This document shows, one piece after another, positions 10,541 to 20,604 of a stretch of DNA of 64,000 bases. Origin of the DNA: an uncultured Nitrososphaerales archaeon (lineage in GTDB: Archaea; Thermoproteota; Nitrososphaeria; Nitrososphaerales; Nitrososphaeraceae); contig CAVOHZ010000001.1 of NCBI GenBank assembly GCA_963695855.1, positions 1 to 64,000 on the forward strand, given 5' to 3'. The notes beneath the pieces are model-generated. The model worked only from the letters and a program-made list of their open reading frames with translations. It was not told where the DNA came from and searched no databases. Each line of letters starts with the position of its first letter. The first letter of the stretch is position 1. The translations under genes and the position numbers were made by a program.

Positions 10541-11083
10541 TTATTTTTGAAATCTAAATGTTAATATAAATTCGGATATTTCTATATCTATTCGTTTATT
10601 AAATACTTTATTAAAAATTTGCTCTAAAATTTTTTTATGATATATCGACCAATTTAATCCCATATCATGTTTTAGGACACATTTAAACTGATCATCTTCT
10701 TGAGCACTATTAAACTCTACAAAAGATCTTTTCATTCTGTTTTCAAGCCATATTAAAAAGGAATCAGTGTCTAAACCCATTTTCATAAAAAAAGAAATGT
10801 CTTGAATGATATTCTTCCCAAAATTGGCCACTAAATAAGATATTTCATCTTCTGACATCAGATTAAATAAACTCCTTATTACTGAGTTGGCCATTGGTAT
10901 CATATCTATTTTAGGCTCATATCTATCCCATTCTGCATATCTTTTTAGGATTTTATTAATAAGGGCATTTAGTGTTATATCTTGAGTATCTGACTCTGTC
11001 TGTAGAGATGTAAAAGTTTCGTTATCTATTCTCAAAGTAAATGTACTTGTTTTTGTCTTAATTTGCGAAGAACGATCCGTCAT
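10541..11083 (-). CDS. Putative transcription regulator with an N-terminal ribbon-helix-helix
   Basis: STFTLRIDNETFTSLQTESDTQDITLNALINKILKRYAEWD; paralog of the next gene. Confidence 0.75.
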   Translation of the reverse strand: MTDRSSQIKTKTSTFTLRIDNETFTSLQTESDTQDITLNALINKILKRYAEWDRYEPKIDMIPMANSVIRSLFNLMSEDEISYLVANFGKNIIQDISFFMKMGLDTDSFLIWLENRMKRSFVEFNSAQEDDQFKCVLKHDMGLNWSIYHKKILEQIFNKVFNKRIDIEISEFILTFRFQK

Positions 11084-11175
11084 CTTAACGATACTACTCG
11101 CACAATAAAAGATAAATAATTAACCGTTATATAGATATTAGTACTATAATGCATAATCTAAACTATTACATAAAT

Positions 11176-11706
11176 TTATTCATAAAATTCAAATGAAATT
11201 AGTCGATTATTATATCTGATTTCCACTGGCTTTTTATAATTTTCTTTAGCAAGTAATTCAAAGATCTTTTTATGGTAAAGTGACCAATTCTCTCCCATAT
11301 TATGTTTTATTATGAAAGTATGTTTTTTATTGTCTTTTCTATCATTAATTTCAATGGATGTATTCTTCATTCTCTTTTCAAACCATCTCACAAATGATTC
11401 CCAATCATTCTTTTTATTCATAAATAAAGAAGCATCTTCTAGTTCATATCTCCCAACTTTAGTAGCTAACTCGACAACTTCTTCTTTAGTTCGACCGTCA
11501 AAAAGTTTCTCTAACAGAACTTTTGGAATCGGCATCATGCCTACTTTAGGTTCGTACACATCCCATTCAACATACCTTTTCAGAATTTTATTAATGAGAT
11601 TACTAGTAGTCAGTTGTTCTCTTTCTCCTTCCTTTCTAATTGTTTCTAAAATGTTATTTTCTATCCTAAACGTAATAGGTTTTGCTTTTTTTACTGCAGG
11701 TTTCAT
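11176..11706 (-). CDS. Putative transcription regulator with an N-terminal ribbon-helix-helix
   Basis: PITFRIENNILETIRKEGEREQLTTSNLINKILKRYVEWD; shares KHxMGxNWSxYHKKI with 10541-11083. Confidence 0.75.
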   Translation of the reverse strand: MKPAVKKAKPITFRIENNILETIRKEGEREQLTTSNLINKILKRYVEWDVYEPKVGMMPIPKVLLEKLFDGRTKEEVVELATKVGRYELEDASLFMNKKNDWESFVRWFEKRMKNTSIEINDRKDNKKHTFIIKHNMGENWSLYHKKIFELLAKENYKKPVEIRYNNRLISFEFYE

Positions 11707-11811
11707 AACATTATATAAAAATACTGCTTCTGTAATTTTAGAATTTCTTGTATCTTGATGAAGGTGATTCTGATTAAAAGATATATTTATAAACGGTTTT
11801 AAAGATGAACT

Positions 11812-12294
11812 TTGATGGATGATTACTCAATTAAAAATTTTTACAAGAAACATAAATATATAATTCTCTTTAACAAGAATATCTTTGTAGCAGCAATAAT
11901 AACTGCAATACTGGATATTTTCATAGTAAATCATGCTGCACTTGTATTTACTACAAATTATGTGTTGATATCATCAGTTTCTTTAGCAGCAGACTTCACA
12001 ATTTATAATACTTCATTTATAATTTTATATTTTATAGATAATAACGGTCGATCACAAAATTTTGATCGTAGAAAAAATATACAGAAATTAAGATACAGTT
12101 TTGGAAAAATAATTACTGTAATTGGGTTCGCAGAGATATCTTATCTTTTTGCTAAATTTCTTTCAACATATTTAATTTTCGAATTCGTTATCCTTGATGC
12201 TTTTATAATCTCAATAATTACAACGTTATTTGCTTGGATTTTTTATGTTATTATAGCAAATATCATGGCTAGAAGAAAAAAACTATTCAATTAA
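11812..12294 (+). CDS. Four-TM membrane protein (GtrA-like topology)
   Basis: Two pairs of hydrophobic helices in 160 aa. Confidence 0.65.
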   Translation: MMDDYSIKNFYKKHKYIILFNKNIFVAAIITAILDIFIVNHAALVFTTNYVLISSVSLAADFTIYNTSFIILYFIDNNGRSQNFDRRKNIQKLRYSFGKIITVIGFAEISYLFAKFLSTYLIFEFVILDAFIISIITTLFAWIFYVIIANIMARRKKLFN

Positions 12295-12487
12295 CCTAGC
12301 AATATGATTCACAAAATTCTATGCGAAGTGTATTGCCCTGAATTAGCAGAGTCGATTTAAAAATTTCTAAAAAATATAATGGATATAGAAACCTTCAAGC
12401 CAAAAAAAATAAGGTTGTTTACCAAGGGAATCAAAGAATCAATAAACAATTTAGATTATTTTTTCACTAAATCCGTCAGATCCATTT

Positions 12488-13075
12488 TTAAGTGTCTTTG
12501 GGTCCATGATAATATTCTGGATATGCTTCCTCATCCAATTTTTCTATGGGTTCTCCGGTTGGCAATGGCGAATCCCTATCCACCTTGTAGACATCCAATT
12601 CTGGAAAATTCTTATCAACAACAACATTTCTTCCTACTGCTATTATTTCTGATTTTGGAATGTCGAATCTATCATTCCCTATTCCGAAAACTACGATTTT
12701 GTCAGAAGTTTCTTTCATTACATGTCCTACATAATCTTCATTTGCGGTTCTTACACCTTTATTAAATAAAGAATTCGGATATTTGCCTTCATATGAGCCT
12801 AAATCTACTTGATTATCTTCTGATCCCCAAGGGTCTCTACGGCTAGTTGGAAGTGGTTCCTCACGATTTACACTATATTTTCCTTCGATTTCTGCCAGAT
12901 TGAGATTAATAAGCACATTTGCACCCACTTGATTAATCTCCGAGATTGGAATATCATACCTTGTATTTTTGTCCCCAAAAACTACTATTTTATCAGGAGT
13001 TTCTCTTACTACACGTCCAATATCTGCTGAATCTAACGCTTTAACTCCCCTGTTGAAATATTTTCCCGATACCAT
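12488..13075 (-). CDS. Protein with two internal repeats of a PRC-barrel-like module
   Basis: IGRVVRETPDKIVVFGDKNTRYDIPISEINQVGANVLI and VGHVMKETSDKIVVFGIGNDRFDIPKSEIIAVGRNVVV; likely start MVSGKYFN. Confidence 0.75.
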   Translation of the reverse strand: MVSGKYFNRGVKALDSADIGRVVRETPDKIVVFGDKNTRYDIPISEINQVGANVLINLNLAEIEGKYSVNREEPLPTSRRDPWGSEDNQVDLGSYEGKYPNSLFNKGVRTANEDYVGHVMKETSDKIVVFGIGNDRFDIPKSEIIAVGRNVVVDKNFPELDVYKVDRDSPLPTGEPIEKLDEEAYPEYYHGPKDT

Positions 13076-13149
13076 ATGATCAATTCTTAATATCACAAAA
13101 CATGAATTTAAAAATTATGATAAACGAATTGATTTTCTCTTAGAAGTGA

Positions 13150-13677
13150 AGGAGAATTGAGAGGTAAAGGAGAAGACATATCAATCTTGTATACTGAGAG
13201 TCAGATCGAATACAATGCGAGTATCACATTTCTACCCATGGTAGCTATTTTTGATTTAGGGACATCATATCTAAAATTTTCGTGCTCAAATATAACTATT
13301 TTATCCTAAGTTTCTCTCATTACATGTCCTACATGATCCTCATTTTCAAGTCTTACCCCTTTAAATAGACATTTAGGATACTTTCCTTCATATGAAGCAA
13401 GATTCACGCTAGTGATTCCATTCCAAGAGGCATATTGCCTACTATTTGAAGGCAATTGTGCATTTCTGTTGAGCGAATAAAATTTTTTCCTATCATCGAA
13501 AGTCATGTCAATCAATACGTTTCTGCTTACAGATTTTATTCTAAAAATTGATATATCATATCTTGTATTTTTTTCCCCAAATACTACTATTTCATCAGGA
13601 GTTTCTCTTACTACATTTCCCACATAAGAAGTATCTAAAGCCAAGACATTTCTATTGAAATATTTTCATGTTGTCAT
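13150..13677 (-). pseudogene. Decayed tandem paralog of 12488-13075
   Basis: MTT*KYFNRNVLALD at the start (TGA), TAG at 13306-13308 followed in frame by DKIVIFEHENFRYDVPKSKI, then a frameshift to LSVYKIDMSSPLP. The 3' boundary is approximate. Confidence 0.8.
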
Positions 13678-14480
13678 TGTTCGAATATTATAATTTCAAT
13701 ATTTTATTGCAATAATAGTTTACTCAAAATATTGCTATTTTGAGAAGTAATAGGATATTATGATTATTTATTAAAAATTAATTTAGCAAAATGATAAAAA
13801 TATAATGTTCTTTATTGAAGTTACATTAATTAATACTAAGATAGATAGTATCTACTTTTGTTGATTATTTAAATTATTTGTAATTTAAATACATCTTTTT
13901 AGAATGTTTAATATATAAGAAAAGTTTAATTTATTTATAATATCAATTGAATTAGAAATTTCTAATACCTATATTAGGAGAATTTATATTAAAATTGAAA
14001 AATGGTCTAAAAACAAAGGAAAGAATATTTTCAATGCAAAATGTTATGCTGTTAAATATATAAATAAGTTAATAAATGATAATAATGAATATAACATTAA
14101 TTTTTCAAAGTCTGTTCCAACACCAAGTGATAAATTTCCCAATACAAATACGTTTATGTTTTCAGAAAAAAATGCTAATATTAGAACACGTAGAACAAGA
14201 AATGCTAGGAGATGATAAAGATGATTTTAACAATTCCTCCGAAAAAAACGAGTAAATTACATAAATATATAATAGTGCTAATTTTTCTGCATCGAAAAAT
14301 ATTTATAGAGATTTAGTATCTCGAGCAGAAGATATTATCCCCAGTAGAATTCAGAACTCTATTAACTAATTTATTTACACCGGGACCTTGATCATTTTTA
14401 AGTGAATCTAATATATTGCTAATTGATGTAATATTTGTATTTAGAGTCTATCCGAAAACACCTCCTCTCTTATATGTTAT

Positions 14481-14963
14481 CTAAGCACAGACAAAATGTA
14501 ATATTGCAATATAGTTATCTTCCTTTTTTTCCCATCTAATCAATAATCGCCTGAATCTATTCATCCATGAGTGTGTTCTCTCAACTACCCATCCTCTTGC
14601 CCTATATTTTGGTATCCTTCTTCTTCTCTTCTTCTTTTTGTTCCCATTATTGTAGTCTCCCCCTCCTCTCTTGCAAACATGCATGGTATAACCATTTTCC
14701 TCAAGTAACTCGTATACTTCAGGATAGTCATACCCATTGTCAAGACAGATGTGTTGTTGTTGGGTATTGGTTGTAAATGATGATGATGGTCTGAAAACCA
14801 CTATACTCTGAAGAGTTGCTTTTGTCATCTTCATATCATGTCTGTTAGCACCATCTACAGTAATTTCAAGAGGAATGCTCTGACCATCTACAAGAAGGCT
14901 ACGTTTGGTACCTGATTTACTTCTTCTGTCGGTTGGGTTTGGTTCTGTACTTTTTTCCCCCAC
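14481..14963 (-). CDS. IS5 transposase orfB (outer element)
   Basis: PNPTDRRSKSGTKRSLLVDG, LDNGYD, WVVERTHSWMNRFRRL. Confidence 0.8.
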   Translation of the reverse strand: MGEKSTEPNPTDRRSKSGTKRSLLVDGQSIPLEITVDGANRHDMKMTKATLQSIVVFRPSSSFTTNTQQQHICLDNGYDYPEVYELLEENGYTMHVCKRGGGDYNNGNKKKKRRRRIPKYRARGWVVERTHSWMNRFRRLLIRWEKKEDNYIAILHFVCA

Positions 14964-15352
14964 GCGGTGCTTTTGTTATTACACCATCCATTGATTGCCA
15001 TTTCCAGTTGATACCAACTTTTTTATCATATATTTTTAGACCATCAATCCACATACGTTTGAATACGCCATCTTGTCTCCATTCCTGAAATCTGTCATGT
15101 ACAGTACTGGATGCACCAAGACTTCCTTGTGGTAGTGCTTTCCACTGACATCCAGTACGTGTTATGTAGAAGATAGCATTCATTGCCTTTCTATCATCCA
15201 TTCTTGGACGACCTGTCTTCTTCTTCTTTCTTTTGGGGTTATGTACAAGAGGAAAAATTTGATTCCATAATTCATCTGGTATTTCATTAGATGAATCAAT
15301 TCCAGAAATTTCAGATATCAGACTGATCTCGTGATATATAGTGGAGAGACAC
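14917..15352 (-). CDS. IS5 transposase orfA (outer element; 5' end cut by the nested IS)
   Basis: IPDELW, GRPRMDDR, RTGCQWKALP, STVHDRFQEW; slippery GGGGGAAAAAA in the orfA/orfB overlap. Confidence 0.75.
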
Positions 15353-15407
15353 TTAGAGCCTATCCCAAAAATAGATAGGAATATAGCTCGTTGGTTTCCT
15401 ATCATAT

Positions 15408-15788
15408 ATGATAATGTTTAAGAATAAAAAGTATGTTAGAACAATTATACGTATTCCAGACGATCTTTGGAATGAAATTAAAAATATTTTACCAGACGAG
15501 AAAGCAGAGAATACAATAGGCCGTCCAATTGTTCCTTATAGAAAAGTACTTGATGGCATCATGTTTATCCTGAGGACTGGATGTCAATGGAAAATGTTAC
15601 CCAAAGAATATGGTTCTGGTTCTACATGTCATAGAAGATTTCAAGAATGGAGAGAATCAGATATATTTGATAAATTATGGAGCAGACTGTTAAAAATATA
15701 CGATAACAAGAGAGGAATCAAATGGACATGGCAATCACTTGATAGCATATCTGTAAAATCACCTTTAGGGGGCGATGACCGGAAATAA
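15408..15788 (+). CDS. IS5 transposase orfA
   Basis: IPDDLW, LRTGCQWKMLP, STCHRRFQEW, SLDS; G6 run near the orfB overlap. Confidence 0.85.
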   Translation: MIMFKNKKYVRTIIRIPDDLWNEIKNILPDEKAENTIGRPIVPYRKVLDGIMFILRTGCQWKMLPKEYGSGSTCHRRFQEWRESDIFDKLWSRLLKIYDNKRGIKWTWQSLDSISVKSPLGGDDRK

Positions 15789-16269
15789 TCCTACTGATAG
15801 AAGTAAATTAGGGACGAAAAGACATATCCTAACAGATAAAGATGGTATTCCTCTATCTACTGTTATAACATCTGCAAATACTCACGATGTTACTGTTGCA
15901 ACAAATACAATTGATAATATTGTTATCAAAAGACCACCACCTTCATCATCAATAGCAAAATATAGAAATAAGAAGAAGAATAAGAAGAAGAAGCAGAATC
16001 TATGTCTTGATAAAGCATATCATTCCAAGGAAATAGAACAAGAAGTTATCAAAAGAGGATATATTCCACATATACGACACAGAAGAGAAGAAAAGAAATA
16101 CAGCAATAGACATCCTGCAGTAAGAAGATGGGTGGTAGAGAGAACAAATTCTTGGCATAACAGATTCAGAAAATTATTTACAAGGTATGAAAAGAAGGAG
16201 GAGAACTATCTTGGTCTTGTACAGTTAGCAAGTAGCATTATTGTTTACAGGAGGCTAATTTTGGGATAG
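15775..16269 (+). CDS. IS5 transposase orfB
   Basis: NPTDRSKLGTKRHILTD, LDKAY, RWVVERTNSWHNRFRKL. Confidence 0.85.
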   Translation: MTGNNPTDRSKLGTKRHILTDKDGIPLSTVITSANTHDVTVATNTIDNIVIKRPPPSSSIAKYRNKKKNKKKKQNLCLDKAYHSKEIEQEVIKRGYIPHIRHRREEKKYSNRHPAVRRWVVERTNSWHNRFRKLFTRYEKKEENYLGLVQLASSIIVYRRLILG

Positions 16270-16433
16270 GCTCTTAGCTTTGCCGAATAAATCTATTGTA
16301 ACATAAAGGTAAATACTATAAACTACTTTTGGGATCGGCTCTTATATATCCAAAGAAATCCCATTCCGTTTTTTTCCAAATACTCTTTGAATGGGGTTTC
16401 GCTTTCTTCATCTACACACCTATCATATAATAA

Positions 16434-16859
16434 CTATACAAATTGATGTGCATAAAAAAAAGGAATTTTTTTGGAAAGTAAATGGATTACAATTGGTATG
16501 AGACGCCTCATTCTGCGTCGTTCAGATGAACCAAATCGTTCTTGCTCATCTGGAATAATTTGAGGATATGAATCTGAATAAGGATTATTGTAATTATTTA
16601 ATGGATAATCAGAATCTGATGGTGGGGGTTCAAAACTAAAATTTCTTGGTTCTTTTTCATTATCTTCATAAAAATTTTTCTTATAATTACCCTTGTCATT
16701 GACATGACGGGTAATATCATCTATGCTCCTATTGTTTCCTGGATAAGGTTTATCTGTTACATGCAACTGAAGAATTTTATGGAAATCTTGTAGATGGCGA
16801 TTCAGACTCCATTGACGTGTAAAACTATGCTTACAAATTTTACAAATATACCTTTGCAT
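16434..16859 (-). CDS. C2H2 zinc-finger protein (possibly prematurely terminated)
   Basis: YICKICKHSFTRQWSLNRHLQDFH matches C-x2-C-x3-F-x5-L-x2-H-x4-H. Confidence 0.8.
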   Translation of the reverse strand: MQRYICKICKHSFTRQWSLNRHLQDFHKILQLHVTDKPYPGNNRSIDDITRHVNDKGNYKKNFYEDNEKEPRNFSFEPPPSDSDYPLNNYNNPYSDSYPQIIPDEQERFGSSERRRMRRLIPIVIHLLSKKIPFFYAHQFV

Positions 16860-16906
16860 ACTATAATTTGGTCTTTTAATCTAATAAAGAAAAAAAAGTT
16901 CTAACT

Positions 16907-16931
16907 ACACGTGTACACGTGTAACACGTGT
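16907..16931. promoter_or_regulatory. Triple palindromic ACACGTGT array, candidate operator
   Basis: ACACGTGT at 16907-16914, 16915-16922 and 16924-16931, about 50 bp upstream of the C2H2 gene. Confidence 0.45.
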
Positions 16932-17034
16932 CATGAAATCTCTGCCTTTTATTTTAAAGAGAAAAATAATAATGTCATGTATAATCACTTTCAATATATA
17001 CAGAAGAATAAGGTAGAAGATATAATAAAAATAA

Positions 17035-18036
17035 TAGTTTGTAGCATAATTTTTATCATTTTCTTCCAATTATTCTAACACATGCCAGGAAACAAATCAT
17101 GGCATCATTATAATGAATCTTTGATAGAATGTGGACGTGTTCTAATAGATTTAGATTTCATCAGATCATCCTATGAAGAAATCAAGAAGATGAATAAAGA
17201 CAAAGTGGGAGCACCATTCCAGTATTCTGATAATTACATGCAGTTTTTAGCATTCTTAAAGATTGGTTTCAAGATTTCATACCGTACTGTGCAGGGAATA
17301 GTACGTGGATTATCTGACTACGTAAGAATTGAAGAGATACACTTTACACATATCAGGAGACGAATCATCAAAATAAAACCATCTGTTGGGAATCTAGATT
17401 TTCAAGATGATGATCCTATAACACTTATTGTTAATGCATCAGGTTTGACAATATCAAAGAAAGGTGATTACATATAATACAAATGGTAACATGAAAAGAA
17501 AGAGTTTGTAAAATTACATATATCTGTAGACGAAAAGTCAAAGAAAGTAGTATCATTTAGGATAACTAAAGGAGATGTGCATGACACAAAAAAGTTTGGA
17601 CCTCTAGTACAGGAAGCAGCCAATAAATATGATATAGACAAAGTGTACGGAGACAAAGCATATGATAACAGAAATAACTTTAACATACTTCACAAGATTA
17701 ATGCAGAACCAGCAATAAAGATTAGAAAAAATGCGTTAGCAAGATCAAAAGGTTGTCCATTAAGAAGAGATGAGGTCCTACTTATCAGGAAATTAGGATA
17801 TAATGGATGGAAGGATTTGAAAGATGCAGCTAGAAGAGATGGATAGCTGAAATAGTATTTTCTGCAATCAAAAGAGTATTTGGAGAGGATCTCTTATCAA
17901 AAAAGTTTAGTGCACAGAAAATTGAGGCTGGTCTAAAGATTATGCTTTACAATAAATACATGGCATTGTAAACATAAACGAAACCAGATCAAACTGGGGC
18001 ATAAAAGTAAACAATAGTGAATTAAGTTACAGACTA
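17035..18036 (+). mobile_element. Degenerate IS5-family element related to the 3499 element
   Basis: Imperfect TIRs TAGTTTGTAGCATAATT / reverse complement TAGTCTGTAACTTAATT. Transposase fragments SWHHYNESLIECG, KLHISVD, YGDKAYD and WIAEIVFS broken by stops and a frameshift; no matching TSD seen. Confidence 0.85.
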
Positions 18037-18059
18037 GTTATAATTATATACTTCTGATA

Positions 18060-19103
18060 GTGTATAAAGAATTATTGTCATATAAGAGTCTATTTCAGTC
18101 CCTTCTTGTCTTTATATTTATGATATTGATACTTTATCAGACAGCAGCAGGATTTTTTCAACAGGAACAGCGAAAAGAAATTTACGCTGTTGCTCAACAG
18201 GATAATAATAGTGGTAATAATTTTGTAGATAAAAAAGAAGCATTTAACCCTACCAAGAAAATAAAAATAGTTTTGGAAGATACTGAAATAGAAATAGCAC
18301 CAGGAAAGAAAATTAAAACGTGGGCTTTTAATGGCACAGTACCTGGACCTCCTTTGAGATTTACCGAAGGAGAAAACGTGAGCATTTTATTTGTAAATAA
18401 AGGATTGTATCCACACACTATGCACTTTCATGGAATACATGATGATAAAAATGATGGTGCATCGCCTTTTATAAATCCGGGAAAATCTTATACATATAAT
18501 TTAACTGCAGAACCTGCCGGTGCATTAATGTATCATTGTCATGTCCCCCCAGTTTCCGAACACATTAGAATGGGAATGTATGGAGCTTTAATTATCGATC
18601 CTAAAGATAAGCCATTAAAACCTGCTAAAGAGTATTACATGGTTTCAAGTGAATTTAGTACTGATGAAAAAAATGTTACCAAATTTCTAGCAGATTATTA
18701 TCCTATAAATGGATATGCTTATCAATATATGAGTCATCCGCTTGAAATAAACCAAGGGGATACACTCAGACTCTATATTGTTAATGAGGGAATTACTATA
18801 CCTGTCTCTATCCATTTACATAGCTCAATTTTTGATGTATATCCGTCAGGACTACTCTCCAACGAACCTTATCAAGCTCAGTCAATTGCTGTAGCTCCTG
18901 GCGATGCCACAATTGTAGAAGCAAAATGGAGATATCCTGGCAACTATATGTTCCATAGTCATGGATTACAAGAAGAACATGGAAATATGGGACATATAAT
19001 AGTCAAAGACAACGCTACCAAATTGACAAATAGTGTTTCAATGTTTGATTGGCAGTACAAGCTACAGAATGAATTACAGAAAGAAGAAATTACAGAAAAA
19101 TGA
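18060..19103 (+). CDS. Two-domain multicopper oxidase with the T1 site in domain 1 (type C-like)
   Basis: N-terminal TM; WAFNGTVPGP, HTMHFHG, YHCHVPPVSEHIRMGM; domain 2 HLHSS and MFHSHG. Confidence 0.88.
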   Translation: MYKELLSYKSLFQSLLVFIFMILILYQTAAGFFQQEQRKEIYAVAQQDNNSGNNFVDKKEAFNPTKKIKIVLEDTEIEIAPGKKIKTWAFNGTVPGPPLRFTEGENVSILFVNKGLYPHTMHFHGIHDDKNDGASPFINPGKSYTYNLTAEPAGALMYHCHVPPVSEHIRMGMYGALIIDPKDKPLKPAKEYYMVSSEFSTDEKNVTKFLADYYPINGYAYQYMSHPLEINQGDTLRLYIVNEGITIPVSIHLHSSIFDVYPSGLLSNEPYQAQSIAVAPGDATIVEAKWRYPGNYMFHSHGLQEEHGNMGHIIVKDNATKLTNSVSMFDWQYKLQNELQKEEITEK

Positions 19104-20130
19104 TTTGAACTATTACTTAATGGCCTCAACTAATAAGATCATTAAAATCTATCGATCAAAATGTATCATTACTCTTATAGAGTTGGTGAATACTTTAACA
19201 CCGAAAAGTATAATCTAGTACTCTATGAACATGAATTGTCTAATAAAATCATACTATTTTTTGGAAATGTAATTATATACTGCTAGACCCGGCTGTCATC
19301 AATATTTGGCTGAATATTCTATTTTTATGTGATAAATGAAACAGATCCAGAAAATCATATTTGTTGTATAACAGTCTGTGGCAGGAAACTAAAATTAAAA
19401 ACACTTGGCTAGTTTTGATTTGTAATAACTTAGTGTATATTTTTTCTCATTTTATTCCTTAATGACTGATATTGTTTACCTCTCATTATTTATTTAAATT
19501 CTATTTCCTTAAATTTAAGGAATTTTATATAATTTTAGATAGACTAACAACAATCCATTTATTCTCGGATAAAGATCTTAATTATGCTTGAAAACTTATA
19601 TTTTGCATCTTTATAGAAAATAGGAAATTTAGTTAGCCAGTATAATACCGTAATTTATAAGACAACCAATAGTTTTCTTGATATTATAAAATTTAGCAAA
19701 ACCACTTTAAGTTGTTTTAAAGAGATTCATATCAAGTATCTTTGTAACAAGCAACCTGAGATAAATTACCTGCCTTTATAACGCATGTACCACTTATATA
19801 TAAAATAACCAACTATTGCAATAATTAAAATAATTATTAGCGAGCTGAACACTTTTATTATTATCGCAGCAACAATTATCAAGATTATTATGATAATTAT
19901 GTCCTTGATATTGAGCATTTTTTTTATTCCTGACATCGTCTTATGATTATTTCTAATCCATTTATAAAATTTGGTTTTTACTGAATATTCGACAAATAAT
20001 CATCTAATAAAATGGTGAATAATATTCTATTTAGGTATAAGCATAGTTAACAGTTGCCGAAACTCAGGTCAAAAATTCTCTGTCAGACTATTTTAAAACT
20101 GGAAAGAAAAGACGCTCTGATAAATAATAT

Positions 20131-20604
20131 CTATCCATAGAGATCGTCTGCGAATCTTAGATCCTCTTCTGGGATAAGCGGAGACTGGTCATCAAATGAC
20201 GGAAGGTCTCGTTCGAATGGAGAATCAAAAGAACGCAGGTCATCTTCTGGGATATGTGGAGACTGGTCATCAAATGACGGAAGTTCTGGTTCGAATGGAG
20301 AATCAAAAGAACGCAGGTCATCTTCTGGGATAAGTGGATGTTCTTCCTCTCGAGGAAAATCAAAATCAAAACCATCTCCTCCATATGGAATAGGGGGAGG
20401 AAATGGAAATGGAAATGGCGAGCCATAGGGATAAGGTGCAGGAACAGGGACCGGATAGGGAGAATTTGGATATGGTGATTGTAGAGGATTGTATTGAACA
20501 TAATTACCTCTTGACATCAAGCCAATAACTACAAGGGTTACAACTAGAAGAAGAATAACGAGAGTTCCAAATACTATTATTCTTTTTGGCGAAGATCGAA
20601 ACAA
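20131..20604 (-). CDS. Membrane-anchored Pro-rich protein with acidic 26-aa repeats
   Basis: TM helix, PYP/FP-rich linker, IPEDDLRSFDSPFE..LPSFDDQSP. repeated about 2.3 times. Confidence 0.65.
   Translation of the reverse strand: MFRSSPKRIIVFGTLVILLLVVTLVVIGLMSRGNYVQYNPLQSPYPNSPYPVPVPAPYPYGSPFPFPFPPPIPYGGDGFDFDFPREEEHPLIPEDDLRSFDSPFEPELPSFDDQSPHIPEDDLRSFDSPFERDLPSFDDQSPLIPEEDLRFADDLYG
20155..20332. repeat. 78-bp tandem repeat, about 2.3 copies
   Basis: TCTTCTGGGATA recurs with a 78-bp period (~20165, 20243, 20321). Confidence 0.85.

Larger units (their letters stand above)
15356..16273 (+). mobile_element. IS5-family (IS427-group-like) element, inner, apparently intact
   Basis: Perfect 15-bp TIR GAGCCTATCCCAAAA / TTTTGGGATAGGCTC; TTA duplication at 15353-15355 and 16274-16276. 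Confidence 0.92.
14444..16341 (-). mobile_element. IS5-family (two-ORF, IS427-group-like) element, outer, interrupted near its 5' end
   Basis: TIRs GAGTCTATCCGAAAA (14444) and TTTTGGGATCGGCTC (ending 16341), each flanked by TTA. Confidence 0.85.

Noticed and set aside
15353-15405. N-terminus of ORF 14917-15405
   Set aside because: Read from the antisense end of the nested IS; chimeric artefact.
18060-19103. nirK assignment
   Set aside because: HCH in domain 1 and two HxH pairs in domain 2 indicate a trinuclear-cluster MCO, not the mononuclear T2 site of NirK.
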